From IMG/VR virus record IMGVR_UViG_3300029286_000012: 64,000 nt of DNA. The stretch is one strand, 5' to 3'. Position 1 is the stretch's first letter, and the number at the start of each line of letters is the position of its first letter. The notes beneath the pieces were generated by a model, which was not told the DNA's origin, made no database searches, and saw only the letters and a program-made list of their open reading frames with translations. The translations under genes and the position numbers were made by a program. Origin of the DNA: a virus. This document shows, piece after piece, positions 9,826 to 19,811 of the stretch.

Positions 9826-10420
9826 GATTAAGCTAACAGTTCCCTTACCCAAAAGTATTACAATCGCATGTAGCGGTGGTGTAGATAGTATGGCAGTAGT
9901 TGACTTTCTAAGTCGCAAGCACGAAGTAACGATTGCCCATTTTAATCACAGAACACAAAACGGTGAAAAAGCCAGTGAGTTTGTTTCTAGGTATTGCGGT
10001 GATAACAATATTCCTATGTTGTACGGATCACCTCGTAGTCAAAAAGGTAGCAAAGAATCACAGGAAGAATACTGGCGTAGAGAACGCTATGAATTTTTAA
10101 GTGAGCTTGGTCCAGTCATTACTTGTCATCATTTGGATGATTGTGTTGAAACATATATTTGGTCAGCATTACACGGCACACCCAAAGTCATTCCATTAAC
10201 ACGCAACAATGTAATCAGACCATTTTTAACTACACGCAAACAAGAGTTTATCTATTGGTGCGAAAGCCATAATGTGCCTTGGATTGAAGATGAATCAAAC
10301 AAAAATTCACGCTATACCCGTAATTACATTCGCAATGAATTGATGCCACACGCATTACGAGTCAACCCAGGCTTACATACTTTGGTCAAAAAGATTGTCG
10401 AAGGTAAGCAAAATACTTGA
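9824..10420 (+). CDS. tilS: tRNA(Ile)-lysidine synthetase, catalytic domain only
   Basis: SGGVDS PP-loop, HFNH, RRERY, TCHHLDD, IRPFL, DESN, RNYIRN. Confidence 0.85.
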   Translation: MIKLTVPLPKSITIACSGGVDSMAVVDFLSRKHEVTIAHFNHRTQNGEKASEFVSRYCGDNNIPMLYGSPRSQKGSKESQEEYWRRERYEFLSELGPVITCHHLDDCVETYIWSALHGTPKVIPLTRNNVIRPFLTTRKQEFIYWCESHNVPWIEDESNKNSRYTRNYIRNELMPHALRVNPGLHTLVKKIVEGKQNT

Positions 10421-10445
10421 CTTCTCTACGCAAGCCAAGTATACT
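10417..10445 (+). promoter_or_regulatory. sigma70-type promoter
   Basis: TTGACT-N17-TATACT upstream of the replication operon. Confidence 0.7.
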
Positions 10446-10468
10446 AACTAATTATTTAAGGAGAACCT

Positions 10469-10735
10469 ATGTCAGATTATAACAGAACCTTTAACGGTGA
10501 AGCAAAGATTAAGCTAACTCAACTAGTCAATGAGGGTATGACTGTACTACACGAAATTGACACATTGAATGGTGGACTAAACGACACTATTAAAGCAGTT
10601 GCAGAAGAACTTGAAATCAAGGCTTCTACATTGAAGAAAGCAATTAAGATTGCTCACAAGGCAAGTCTCGGTCAGACTAACAAAGACCACGATGAACTCA
10701 ACACTATCTTGGAAACTGTGGGCAAAACACTTTGA
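10469..10735 (+). CDS. Small dsDNA-binding protein (T4 DsbA/GapR-like)
   Basis: 88 aa helical protein with LNDTIKAVAEELEIKASTLKKAIK pattern; strong AAGGAG RBS; immediately upstream of the polymerase. Confidence 0.5.
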   Translation: MSDYNRTFNGEAKIKLTQLVNEGMTVLHEIDTLNGGLNDTIKAVAEELEIKASTLKKAIKIAHKASLGQTNKDHDELNTILETVGKTL

Positions 10736-13449
10736 GTTACGTTGACGCTATTCACAGCAGGGATGAGGATCGTATCTACGTAGTAGAACGGGATAATAAC
10801 GGCAAGCGTCAATACAAAGAATATCCCACTAACTATGTATTGTATTATCCTGACCCTAAGGGTAAACATCGTAGTATCTATGGCGATCCAGTCAGTCGTT
10901 TCAGTACTCGAAAACGACAAGAGTTTGAAAAAGAAAGACGCATTCATTCAGGTAAGAAATTATTTGAAAGTGATGTTAACGTAGTCTTTCGCTGTCTAAG
11001 TGAAAACTATCTTAAAGTTGATGCTCCTAAACTTCATACTTGCTTCTTTGACATTGAGGTAGACTTTGATCCTGAGAAGGGTTTCAGTCCTACTAGCGAT
11101 CCATTCAATCCTGTAACTGCTATCAGTTGTTACTTAGATTGGCTAGACCAATGCATTACACTAGTGATTGCTCCTAAACATATGTCTAGTGAAACAGCCC
11201 AAGAAATCACTAATGAATTTGAAAACACAATGCTATTCAAATCAGAGAAGGAAATGTTTGATGTTTTCTTTCAACTCATTGAAGATGCAGATGTATTGAC
11301 TGGCTGGAACTCAGAGGGCTATGATATTCCCTATATGGTCAATCGTGTTACTAGAGTGATGAGTAAAGATGACACACGCAAGTTTTGCTTGATGGGTCAA
11401 CTTCCTAAAGCTAGAGAATACGAACGATTCGGTAAGAGTGAAACAACTTATGACTTAGTAGGTCGTATTCACTTGGACTATTTACAGTTGTACAAAAAGT
11501 ATAACTATGAATCTCGTCACAGTTATAAACTTGACTCTATCGGTGAGATGGAAGTCGGTGAAAACAAAACACAATATGAAGGTACGCTTGACCAACTGTA
11601 TAACAAAGACTTTAAAAAGTTCATTGAATACAATAGACAAGATACAATGTTGTTAGTGAAGATTCACAACAAACTTAAGTTTTTAGAATTAGCTAATCAA
11701 CTTGCACACGAAAACACAGTACTGCTTCCAACAGTAATGGGTTCAGTAGCAATGATTGAGATGGCTATTTTTAATGAGGCTCACGAACGTGGGTTAGTTG
11801 TTCCAGATAAAAAACGAAAGGTTGAAAATGAAGAAGAAATCCAGCAAGCGGCAGGTGCCTTTGTTGCTACGCCGAAAAGAGGAATGCACGAATATGTCGG
11901 GGCAGTTGACATTAACTCGCTCTATCCCTCGGTTATTCGTGCCCTCAACATGGGTGGAGAGACCATCGTTGCTCAAATCAGACAGACAATCACAGACCAG
12001 TATATGAAAGACAAGGGCCTTCGACTAGCAAGTGAGAAGAAACGCTATAAAGAAGGTGACGATGATGTGACTGGTGCCATACTATGGGAGAATCTGTTCG
12101 GTGCATTAGAGTATACTGCGATTATGAACCAAGAACGTGGTACTATGCTTACAGTTGACTTTGAAGATGGTCGTACTGAAGAAATGTCAGCGGCAGAAGT
12201 CTGGAAGATGATATTTGATAGTCATAAGCCCTGGATGCTAAGTGCTAATGGTACAATCTTTACTTATGAGAAAGAAGGTGTTGTTCCTGGTCTACTAACA
12301 CGTTGGTACTCAGACCGTAAAGAAATGCAGAAGAATCTAAAAGAAGCAACTACGACTGAAGATAGAGAATACTGGGATAAGCGACAACTTGTTCGTAAGA
12401 TTTTATTGAATTCAGCGTATGGTGCATTGTTGAATGAACATTGTAGGTTCTATGATAAACGTATAGGTCAAAGTGTTACACTAAGCGGTCGTCAAATTGT
12501 TCGTCATATGATGAGTACCATCAACGAATCAGTTGAGGGCACGTATTCACACGAAGGCAATGCAATTGTATATGGTGATACTGATAGTTGTTACTTCACT
12601 GCTTATCCCACACTGAAGCCACAGATTGATAAAGGTGAGTTAGTATGGGACAAAGAACTCTGTATCGGATTGTATGATAGTATTGCAGACCAAGCTAATG
12701 AAAGTTTCCCATCATTTATGGAGAAGGCATTTCACGCACCTCGTAAGAATGGTGAAATCATTAAAGCTGGTCGTGAACTAATTGGTGATCGTGCTATCTT
12801 TATTGTTAAGAAACGTTATGCTATTAACATCTTTGACAAAGAAGGTAAGCGTAAAGATAAAGATGGTAAGCTTGGTGATATCAAAGCTATGGGTCTTGAC
12901 TTGAAACGTGCTGATACTCCTAAATACATACAAGAATTTTTAATGAATGTATTGCAAATGATTCTGCAAGAAGGTAAAGGTCGTGATGAGGTCATTGAAG
13001 CTATCAAAGACTTTAAACGAGTATTAACTGCACAAGACAGTTGGACTAAAGGTTCTCCTAAAGGTGTTAACAAACTTACAATGTACGGTGATTTAGAAGC
13101 TAAGAGCAGTACTGGTCGTGCAAATATGCCCGGTCACGTAAGAGCGGCATTAAACTACAACTACTTGCGTAGAGTAAACAGCGACAACTATAGTCAGAAG
13201 ATTATTGATGGTATGAAGGTAGTGGTATGCAAACTTAAACCTAATCCATTAGGCTTTACCAGTATCGCATATCCTGTTGACGAATTACGATTACCAAAAT
13301 GGTTCACAGAGTTACCATTCGATGACCAAGCAATGGAACAAACATTGGTTGATGAAAAGATTGATAACTTGTTGGGAGTACTTGGTTGGGATATTCGTAG
13401 TAGTACAGATACGAATAGTACATTTGATGATTTATTCAGCTTCGGGTAA
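10732..13449 (+). CDS. Family B DNA polymerase (gp43-like)
   Basis: Exonuclease FFDIEV, GWNSEGYDIPY, YNRQD; polymerase DINSLYPS, KILLNSAYG, YGDTDS, KKRYA; TTG start. Confidence 0.97.
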   Translation: MSYVDAIHSRDEDRIYVVERDNNGKRQYKEYPTNYVLYYPDPKGKHRSIYGDPVSRFSTRKRQEFEKERRIHSGKKLFESDVNVVFRCLSENYLKVDAPKLHTCFFDIEVDFDPEKGFSPTSDPFNPVTAISCYLDWLDQCITLVIAPKHMSSETAQEITNEFENTMLFKSEKEMFDVFFQLIEDADVLTGWNSEGYDIPYMVNRVTRVMSKDDTRKFCLMGQLPKAREYERFGKSETTYDLVGRIHLDYLQLYKKYNYESRHSYKLDSIGEMEVGENKTQYEGTLDQLYNKDFKKFIEYNRQDTMLLVKIHNKLKFLELANQLAHENTVLLPTVMGSVAMIEMAIFNEAHERGLVVPDKKRKVENEEEIQQAAGAFVATPKRGMHEYVGAVDINSLYPSVIRALNMGGETIVAQIRQTITDQYMKDKGLRLASEKKRYKEGDDDVTGAILWENLFGALEYTAIMNQERGTMLTVDFEDGRTEEMSAAEVWKMIFDSHKPWMLSANGTIFTYEKEGVVPGLLTRWYSDRKEMQKNLKEATTTEDREYWDKRQLVRKILLNSAYGALLNEHCRFYDKRIGQSVTLSGRQIVRHMMSTINESVEGTYSHEGNAIVYGDTDSCYFTAYPTLKPQIDKGELVWDKELCIGLYDSIADQANESFPSFMEKAFHAPRKNGEIIKAGRELIGDRAIFIVKKRYAINIFDKEGKRKDKDGKLGDIKAMGLDLKRADTPKYIQEFLMNVLQMILQEGKGRDEVIEAIKDFKRVLTAQDSWTKGSPKGVNKLTMYGDLEAKSSTGRANMPGHVRAALNYNYLRRVNSDNYSQKIIDGMKVVVCKLKPNPLGFTSIAYPVDELRLPKWFTELPFDDQAMEQTLVDEKIDNLLGVLGWDIRSSTDTNSTFDDLFSFG

Positions 13450-13526
13450 ATTGCTATTGCATTACGCAATAAAATATAATATAATATACAACATAAACTG
13501 CCTAAATAGGTATACAAAGGAAAAAC

Positions 13527-14258
13527 ATGAAAGATTATTTACAAGATTTAATTACACACACAAACGGTCTAGGTGATGTAGACTTAATTAAAGTTTCAGG
13601 TACTGATACCGAGACAACTATCAACGCAATTTCAGAAAAGAAAACTGTTATTGTATCAGGAGTATTGAATAGCCCAATAGCTGATTTCATCGGTGTGTTC
13701 GGTATGCCTAACTTAACTAAACTCAAAACTATTCTAGGTTTTGATGACTACGATGAACACGCTAAAATTTCTGTATTACGCACTAATCGTGATGGTGTTG
13801 ATGTACCTAGTACTATTCACTTTGAAACAAAAGACGGTTCATTTGTTAATGACTATCGCTTGATGACTAAATCAATCGTTGAAGAAAAAGTTAAAAGTGT
13901 TACATTCAAGGGTACTACTTGGAATGTTGAGTTTGAGCCTACTATCGCAGGCATTCAACGACTAAAGAAACAAGCAAGTGCTAATAGTGAAGAAGAACAT
14001 TTTACATTCACAACAGTTAATGGTGACTTGAAGGTTAACTTTGGTGATCCATCAACTCACAGTGGTAACTTTGTATTTCAACCGGGTGTTACTGGTTCAT
14101 TAAACAAAGCTTGGAATTGGCCAGTTAAAGTGTTCTTAGCTATTATGGACTTGCCGGGTGACAAGAAAGTTCGTATTGCTGATGCAGGTGCTACTGAGAT
14201 TACAGTAGATTCAGGTCTGGCTACATATACATATCTATTGCCAGCTAACGCAAAATAA
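13527..14258 (+). CDS. Putative sliding clamp (gp45-like)
   Basis: 243 aa beta-rich two-domain pattern directly after the polymerase; C-terminal ATYTYLLPA. Confidence 0.65.
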   Translation: MKDYLQDLITHTNGLGDVDLIKVSGTDTETTINAISEKKTVIVSGVLNSPIADFIGVFGMPNLTKLKTILGFDDYDEHAKISVLRTNRDGVDVPSTIHFETKDGSFVNDYRLMTKSIVEEKVKSVTFKGTTWNVEFEPTIAGIQRLKKQASANSEEEHFTFTTVNGDLKVNFGDPSTHSGNFVFQPGVTGSLNKAWNWPVKVFLAIMDLPGDKKVRIADAGATEITVDSGLATYTYLLPANAK

Positions 14259-15808
14259 TGGAACAAGACAATCTATCACAAAAACAAAACCCTGATTGGG
14301 CATTGTTCTTACCTGCAGTCAGTAGTTTTTATATTGCTGGCTTGGGTAAACAACGTAAAGGTGAACAGTACTTTGATCCTGCACGTATCCCTGCACAATT
14401 TAATGGTGATGTAGAAAAACTAAACTTCTTAAATAGTAGTGAAGGTCTCTATTATTACAAATGGGGCTTGTACAGTGCTGGTCACGCAAACTTAGATACT
14501 ACTAAAAACGATCCTAGTGAAAGTATCATTAGAGAACGTGAATCTGGCACGTTTATGTTAGGTGACAGTGGTGGATTTCAGATTCTTAAAGGTCAATGGC
14601 CTGCTGATTGGAAAGATCCTAACTGCCCTAAAGCTATGATAAAGCGTAAAGCGGTGTTGAACTGGATGGATACATATATGGACTATGGTATGGTCCTTGA
14701 TATTCCTTCACAATCATTAACTACCTTTCATATGAAAGATAAGAATGGTGTCAGTCTTCACGGTATCAGTACTATTGAAGAAGCTATTAGTGCTACCCAT
14801 ATCAATAACGAATACTTCATTAAGAATCGTAATGGTAAATGTAAGTTTTTAAATGTATTACAAGGTCGTACACATAAACAAAGTGACGATTGGTATGCTG
14901 AAATGAAAAAGTATTGTGATCCAAATCAGTATCCAGACAATCATTTTAATGGTTGGGCATTCGGTGGTCAGAATAAGATTGATGTTCATTTGATGCTAAC
15001 ACGAATGGTTGATATTATCTATGATGGTTTACTGGTAGAAGGTAAACACGATTTGATTCACTGTTTGGGTACAAGTATCTTAGAGTATGCTGTATTGTTT
15101 ACTGATATTCAGAAAGCTATTCGCAAGTATCATAACCCTAAACTACAAATTACATTTGACTGTGCAAGCCCATTCTTTAGTGCGGCTAAAGGTTTAGCAT
15201 ATTTTAATACAAGTATTGAGCATAATAAAAAATGGTCATACAGTATGGAAAAGACTGCTGAAAAGAAAAGTTATGCTAATGATAATCGTAAATATCGTGA
15301 TGCTGTACTAGCTGAAGGCATCCATAAAGTCTTTACAGACAGTCCAGTAACTGATAAACTGTTACTTAAGGACTTGTGCTATAGAGGTCAAGGATTCATT
15401 GGTCAACATGGTAAAGAAACTAAAACAAGCTGGGATACGTTGAGTTATACATTGATTCAAAGTCATAATGTATGGATGCATATGAACGCTGTGCAGGAAG
15501 CTAATCGTCAATATGAAAGGGGCGTTGTACCTAAGATGTTGATGAATGAACAATTTGAACGTGTTTTGTTTAAAGATGTGATTGATGAAATTTTCAGTAA
15601 GAAAACAAAACAGGAATCTATTGATTTAATTAATCAAAACAGTAGATTGTGGATGCAATTTCAATCAGGTAGTCAAGGTATTAGTGGTAAGAAAACTATG
15701 AATGCACTAACAATGTTTGATGAATTGTTTGATGTACAAGACGAACCAGAGTTCGAAGAAGTCATTGAAGATAGCGATGATGAAATTTCTAAAATATTAG
15801 GAGAATAA
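14258..15808 (+). CDS. dpdA: TGT-fold guanine transglycosylase, DpdA-like (inserts 7-deazaguanine derivatives into DNA)
   Basis: MLGDSGGFQ catalytic motif, VLDIP, NVLQG, GWAFGG, IHCLG, TFDCAS; clustered with folE/queD/queE and the replisome. Confidence 0.8.
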   Translation: MEQDNLSQKQNPDWALFLPAVSSFYIAGLGKQRKGEQYFDPARIPAQFNGDVEKLNFLNSSEGLYYYKWGLYSAGHANLDTTKNDPSESIIRERESGTFMLGDSGGFQILKGQWPADWKDPNCPKAMIKRKAVLNWMDTYMDYGMVLDIPSQSLTTFHMKDKNGVSLHGISTIEEAISATHINNEYFIKNRNGKCKFLNVLQGRTHKQSDDWYAEMKKYCDPNQYPDNHFNGWAFGGQNKIDVHLMLTRMVDIIYDGLLVEGKHDLIHCLGTSILEYAVLFTDIQKAIRKYHNPKLQITFDCASPFFSAAKGLAYFNTSIEHNKKWSYSMEKTAEKKSYANDNRKYRDAVLAEGIHKVFTDSPVTDKLLLKDLCYRGQGFIGQHGKETKTSWDTLSYTLIQSHNVWMHMNAVQEANRQYERGVVPKMLMNEQFERVLFKDVIDEIFSKKTKQESIDLINQNSRLWMQFQSGSQGISGKKTMNALTMFDELFDVQDEPEFEEVIEDSDDEISKILGE

Positions 15809-15809
15809 T

Positions 15810-16022
15810 ATGCCATATAAAAATCGTATTAAAACACTAGAAGAATCAATTAGATTATTAGACAATCAAATTTTTCAATTAGAAAAAAACGGATCAACAG
15901 ATATTAAAAAAATATCCGAGTTAAAAGAAACTAAGGATAAATATTTTACTGATTTGCGATTAATGAATAGAGTGCAATGGGATCATGACCATAACACGGT
16001 AGACTTAGGAGATGATAGATGA
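15810..16022 (+). CDS. Small coiled-coil hypothetical protein
   Basis: ORF with AGGAG RBS. Confidence 0.6.
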   Translation: MPYKNRIKTLEESIRLLDNQIFQLEKNGSTDIKKISELKETKDKYFTDLRLMNRVQWDHDHNTVDLGDDR

Positions 16023-16474
16023 ACGAACAACATATACAAGCACTAGCTGAAAAACGTCAGCGAATTAAAGACAAAGCAGTACGTACAATTTTTGTGCGTT
16101 TTCAAAAAGAAGGTATTCATAAATACCCAGCGGCAGCAACAGACCCTAACTTGGCAACAGGTGATGAGTATGATGTTAGCTTTCTAGCAACTCCGCATAG
16201 ACACATCTTTCACTTTGAAGTGTCTATTGAAGTATTTCACAACGACCGTGATATTGAGTTTATTCAATTCAAAAGATGGTTAGAGAATCAATATTCTCAA
16301 GGCATTCTTCAATTGGATTACAAAAGTTGTGAAATGATTAGTGATGACCTCTATGATGTTATCGCAACTCGATATCCAGATCGTAATATCGTTATTCAAG
16401 TATCGGAAGATAATGAAAACGGTGCTACGATTGTTTACAATACTTATAAACCCTCTCTTTCAATCGCTATTTAA
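16019..16474 (+). CDS. dpdL: QueD-paralog T-fold protein, DpdL-like (predicted 7-carboxy-7-deazaguanine decarboxylase)
   Basis: LATPHRHIF matches LxxxHRHxF; HNDRDIEF, SCEMI, VSEDNENGA; lacks the QueD CxxxHGH motif; two genes from dpdA. Confidence 0.7.
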   Translation: MNEQHIQALAEKRQRIKDKAVRTIFVRFQKEGIHKYPAAATDPNLATGDEYDVSFLATPHRHIFHFEVSIEVFHNDRDIEFIQFKRWLENQYSQGILQLDYKSCEMISDDLYDVIATRYPDRNIVIQVSEDNENGATIVYNTYKPSLSIAI

Positions 16475-16487
16475 AGGAATTATTAAA

Positions 16488-16691
16488 ATGGCAAAACAAC
16501 AACAATCTAATCCACGTGTTCAACAACTGTTTGAGGACCTAGAAGGCTATCTAGCTTTCTGTCAGGACTATGGATACAAATACGATGAGGCAACACTATA
16601 TGATATGCGTGTTTTTGCATATCGTCAATATAGCAAAGCCTGTACAGGTAAATGGGCTAAGGATCAGTGGGCAGAGGATATGCGCCCATGA
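16488..16691 (+). CDS. Hypothetical protein
   Basis: ATG at 16488 with AAGGA RBS; FEDLEGYLAFCQDYGY. Confidence 0.6.
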   Translation: MAKQQQSNPRVQQLFEDLEGYLAFCQDYGYKYDEATLYDMRVFAYRQYSKACTGKWAKDQWAEDMRP

Positions 16692-17449
16692 AAGTAGTAT
16701 TAATTACAGGTGGATTTGATCCACTACACAGCGGACATATCGCATACATTAATGCGGCTAAAAAATTAGGAGATATGTTAGTCATCGGACTTAATAGCGA
16801 TGCTTGGTTATCTCGCAAAAAAGGTAGACCATTCTTGCCATTAGGTGAGCGAGTAGCAGTAACTTCAGCATTAGACACACCTAATGCATTATTGTTATTT
16901 GATGATAGTGATGACACTGCCAAAGATGCTATTAGACAAATCAGAGAAAACTATCCGGAAGCAACTATTGTGTTTGCTAATGGTGGTGATAGAACCAGTG
17001 ACAACATTCCAGAAATGGATATCGATGATAATAACATTGAATTCGTTTTTGGTGTAGGCGGAGAAGACAAGGTAAATTCTAGTAGTTGGATTCTCGACAC
17101 TTGGAAAGCACCCAAAACAGAACGTGAGTGGGGATACTATCGTGTATTGCATGAGGTAGATGGTACTAAAGTAAAAGAACTTACAGTAGAACCAAAACAA
17201 TCTCTTAGTATGCAAAAACATGCCAAACGTAGTGAACACTGGATCGTTACTGAAGGTAAGTGTAAGATACGTAGATATGCCGAAACGGGTGAATTGACCG
17301 AGACAATTCTAACTAAACATGATACAATTACTATTAAACCTGATGAGTGGCATCAGTTAACTAACACATTTAGTAAACCTTGTAAAATCGTTGAGATTCA
17401 ATATGGTAAGAAATGTGTAGAAGAAGATATCAAACGACAAAATGCATAA
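16688..17449 (+). CDS. Cytidylyltransferase-family nucleotidyltransferase fused to a type II mannose-6-phosphate isomerase-like cupin
   Basis: TGGFDPLHSGH (HxGH), GLNSD, FANGGDR, NSSS; C-terminal REWGYY..LSMQKH..RSEHWIV..WHQL..VEIQYG. Confidence 0.85.
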   Translation: MKVVLITGGFDPLHSGHIAYINAAKKLGDMLVIGLNSDAWLSRKKGRPFLPLGERVAVTSALDTPNALLLFDDSDDTAKDAIRQIRENYPEATIVFANGGDRTSDNIPEMDIDDNNIEFVFGVGGEDKVNSSSWILDTWKAPKTEREWGYYRVLHEVDGTKVKELTVEPKQSLSMQKHAKRSEHWIVTEGKCKIRRYAETGELTETILTKHDTITIKPDEWHQLTNTFSKPCKIVEIQYGKKCVEEDIKRQNA

Positions 17450-18641
17450 ACTATTTTACATGGGCCTAGAGCCTTACAAAGCACGATACACATTACAGTT
17501 GCAAGACTGGAATGAAAGTGTATTTAAACGTAGGGGCATTAACTATGTTATTGTCCCGGGCGAAACATTAAGTAATGACCAAGCTATCGTTACGGGACAA
17601 GTGTTGGATGCACATGGTCGCACATACTTTGGTATGAGTCAACTTATGAATCTTGTTAAGATGATGAAGCAAGGCGATGTAGGCGCAGGTGATATAGTTT
17701 ATTTTGAAGATATGTTTCAGCCCGGAATTGAGTCATTGCCTTACATTATGAAACAGATTCCGATCACAAGTCGTCCTAAGATTTTTGTTCGCTGTCTAGC
17801 ACAAAGTATTGATCCTGATGATTTCGTACACGTATGGGGTATGAGTGAATTCATGGGTCACTATGAGAAGATGGTTGATTCATTCGCTGATGGTGTACTT
17901 GCTAGTAATGAAGAAATGGTAATGCATATGAAGATTGCGGGTTGGCGTGCTCCGATCTACAATATCTCAGGCTTAGCATTTGGTAAAGAAGAAGTACGAG
18001 GTCGTATCAATAATAACATCAAGCCTTTTGATGAACGAAAGATGCGTATTGCATTCTCAGCACGTTGGGATCAAGAAAAACAACCTGATTTCTATATGGA
18101 TGTGATTGAAGAATTCTTTAACCGTTATGGTATGAAGGATCGTCATGGTGTATATCGTAGTGTAGAGTTCTGTGTGTTTAGTGGTAGTAAATTGAAAAGC
18201 AATAACGATAGTTATATGAAGCGTACACAAGATATGCAAAATCGTGGTTTGTTAAAAGTACACGAAGACCTAGATAAAAACGCATACTATGAGTTATTAA
18301 ATGATACTAGAGTATTGTTTAACTGTGCTTTACAAGACTGGGTAAGTAATACAGTTAGTGAAGCAGATGCATTGGGTTGTAATGTATTGTATCCGGCATA
18401 TCGCAGTTTCCCAGAAACATTTGCGAATGATTATACAAGACTATATACACCCTGGAGTGTTGAAGATGCAACAATTAAATTGTATAATATGTTACATCAG
18501 CCGCATGTAAATCAAGGTAAAATCAGTGATTGGACTGATGGTACTATTGATAGAATCTGTGATATTCTAGAGGGTAATGGACAACAATGGTTGCGTATGG
18601 ACACAGACTATCGCAAACATACCAGAGAGAGTAAATACTAA
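17442..18641 (+). CDS. GT-B fold glycosyltransferase
   Basis: FSARWDQEKQP, ALQDWVSNTVSEADALGC, YPAYRSFPE (GT4-like C-terminal domain). Confidence 0.75.
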   Translation: MHKLFYMGLEPYKARYTLQLQDWNESVFKRRGINYVIVPGETLSNDQAIVTGQVLDAHGRTYFGMSQLMNLVKMMKQGDVGAGDIVYFEDMFQPGIESLPYIMKQIPITSRPKIFVRCLAQSIDPDDFVHVWGMSEFMGHYEKMVDSFADGVLASNEEMVMHMKIAGWRAPIYNISGLAFGKEEVRGRINNNIKPFDERKMRIAFSARWDQEKQPDFYMDVIEEFFNRYGMKDRHGVYRSVEFCVFSGSKLKSNNDSYMKRTQDMQNRGLLKVHEDLDKNAYYELLNDTRVLFNCALQDWVSNTVSEADALGCNVLYPAYRSFPETFANDYTRLYTPWSVEDATIKLYNMLHQPHVNQGKISDWTDGTIDRICDILEGNGQQWLRMDTDYRKHTRESKY

Positions 18642-18653
18642 AAGGAGACTATT

Positions 18654-19343
18654 ATGTTTGAAACAACTTATGAAAATGAAATGTCGTATCGTTCGGCAAG
18701 CGAGGTAAACTCAGCAATGGGTCGAGTTTACGGACATATGAGTATTGCTGTTATTGTATCAATGATTGTTAGTTACTTTGTAGGCACAAGCCCAGAGTTG
18801 CTGGCATTCTTTTTTACAGGCGTAATGAAATGGATTGTAATCTTTTCACCATTAGTAGCAATTTTTGGTATTGCTATGATCCTAGGAAATAATCCTAGTA
18901 AAGGTACTGCACAGTTATGCTTGCATGGCTTTGCGGCATTGATGGGATTAAGCTTTGCTACAATCTTTGCTGTATTCACTATGGGTAGTATTGTGTCAGC
19001 ATTTATGGGTGCGGCAATACTGTTTGGTGTTATGAGTGGATATGGTTACTTTACTAAACAAAGTTTAGATAGTGTTGGAAAGTTTATGTTTGTAGGATTG
19101 ATTGCTATTATCATTGCTAGTATTGTTAATATCTTTATTGGAAGTACCGTGATGCAAATGGTAATATCAGCATTAGCTATTATCATCTTTCTTGGCTTAA
19201 CTGCCTATGACACACAAAAGATCCGTGAAGAACTAAGTGTACAAGCCAGTGATGTTGCAGAAGTACGTGGGGCATTGACGCTGTATATGGACTTTATTAA
19301 CTTGTTTATTAATCTATTACAAATTTTTGGTGATAGGAAATAA
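18654..19343 (+). CDS. Bax inhibitor-1/YccA family membrane protein
   Basis: About 7 TM segments; TAYDTQKI, GALTLYMDFINLF. Confidence 0.9.
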   Translation: MFETTYENEMSYRSASEVNSAMGRVYGHMSIAVIVSMIVSYFVGTSPELLAFFFTGVMKWIVIFSPLVAIFGIAMILGNNPSKGTAQLCLHGFAALMGLSFATIFAVFTMGSIVSAFMGAAILFGVMSGYGYFTKQSLDSVGKFMFVGLIAIIIASIVNIFIGSTVMQMVISALAIIIFLGLTAYDTQKIREELSVQASDVAEVRGALTLYMDFINLFINLLQIFGDRK

Positions 19344-19345
19344 TC

Positions 19346-19540
19346 ATGGCAACTCGCAAGAAAAAAGAAATTACAGAACCAACAGTAGTTAAAGGTAATC
19401 ATTTGACCGTAACTACTTTTCCTGACGGCAAAACTATGTTAGAATGGGATGATGACGCATTATTAAAAGAAGTGCGAGAAGCACTCAACTCGGTAGAAGT
19501 ACCAAAAGCAAAACGCAAATTAATAAAGGAAAAACAATGA
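19346..19540 (+). CDS. Hypothetical protein
   Basis: ORF in operon. Confidence 0.55.
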   Translation: MATRKKKEITEPTVVKGNHLTVTTFPDGKTMLEWDDDALLKEVREALNSVEVPKAKRKLIKEKQ

Positions 19541-19734
19541 GCGCACAAAATGATATCGAAACAAGTTTAGAAGCATACAATAGTGAGAACGACAAATTTA
19601 ACAAAGGCAATGCAGCCGCTGGTACACGTGCCCGTAAGGCACTAGCCGAGTTAGCTAAAGCAGTTAAGGCACGCCGTAATGAAATTACAGCAGAGAAAGC
19701 CGCACGTGCTGAAGAAAAAGCTAAAGCTAAGTAA
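19537..19734 (+). CDS. Histone H1-like (Hc1-type) basic DNA-binding protein
   Basis: KFNKGNAAAGTRARKALAEL motif. Confidence 0.7.
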   Translation: MSAQNDIETSLEAYNSENDKFNKGNAAAGTRARKALAELAKAVKARRNEITAEKAARAEEKAKAK

Positions 19735-19740
19735 TCGTGA

Positions 19741-19775
19741 TAAATACAATGTAAGCTACACAACGGTAGCTTACA
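19741..19775 (+). promoter_or_regulatory. TAAATA late-type promoter followed by a perfect 10-bp 5' hairpin (folE leader)
   Basis: TAAATA 19741-19746; TGTAAGCTAC-acaacg-GTAGCTTACA at 19750-19775. Confidence 0.6.
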
Positions 19776-19811
19776 CTTCAAAACAAAAACCATCACAAAG
19801 GAAGGTTATCT

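Noticed and set aside
9824-10420. SGGxDS PP-loop protein as the missing QueC
   Set aside because: It has TilS-specific motifs (HHLDD, IRP, DESN, RNYIRN) and lacks the QueC Cys-rich zinc motif
10732-13449. Intein or intron in the DNA polymerase
   Set aside because: 905 aa with contiguous motifs and no splice-junction signature
14258-15808. Ordinary tRNA-guanine transglycosylase (Tgt) for queuosine
   Set aside because: No CxCxxC..H zinc site of bacterial Tgt was seen, and it is coupled to the clamp and polymerase. A DNA-acting DpdA type is more plausible; the subfamily was not assigned
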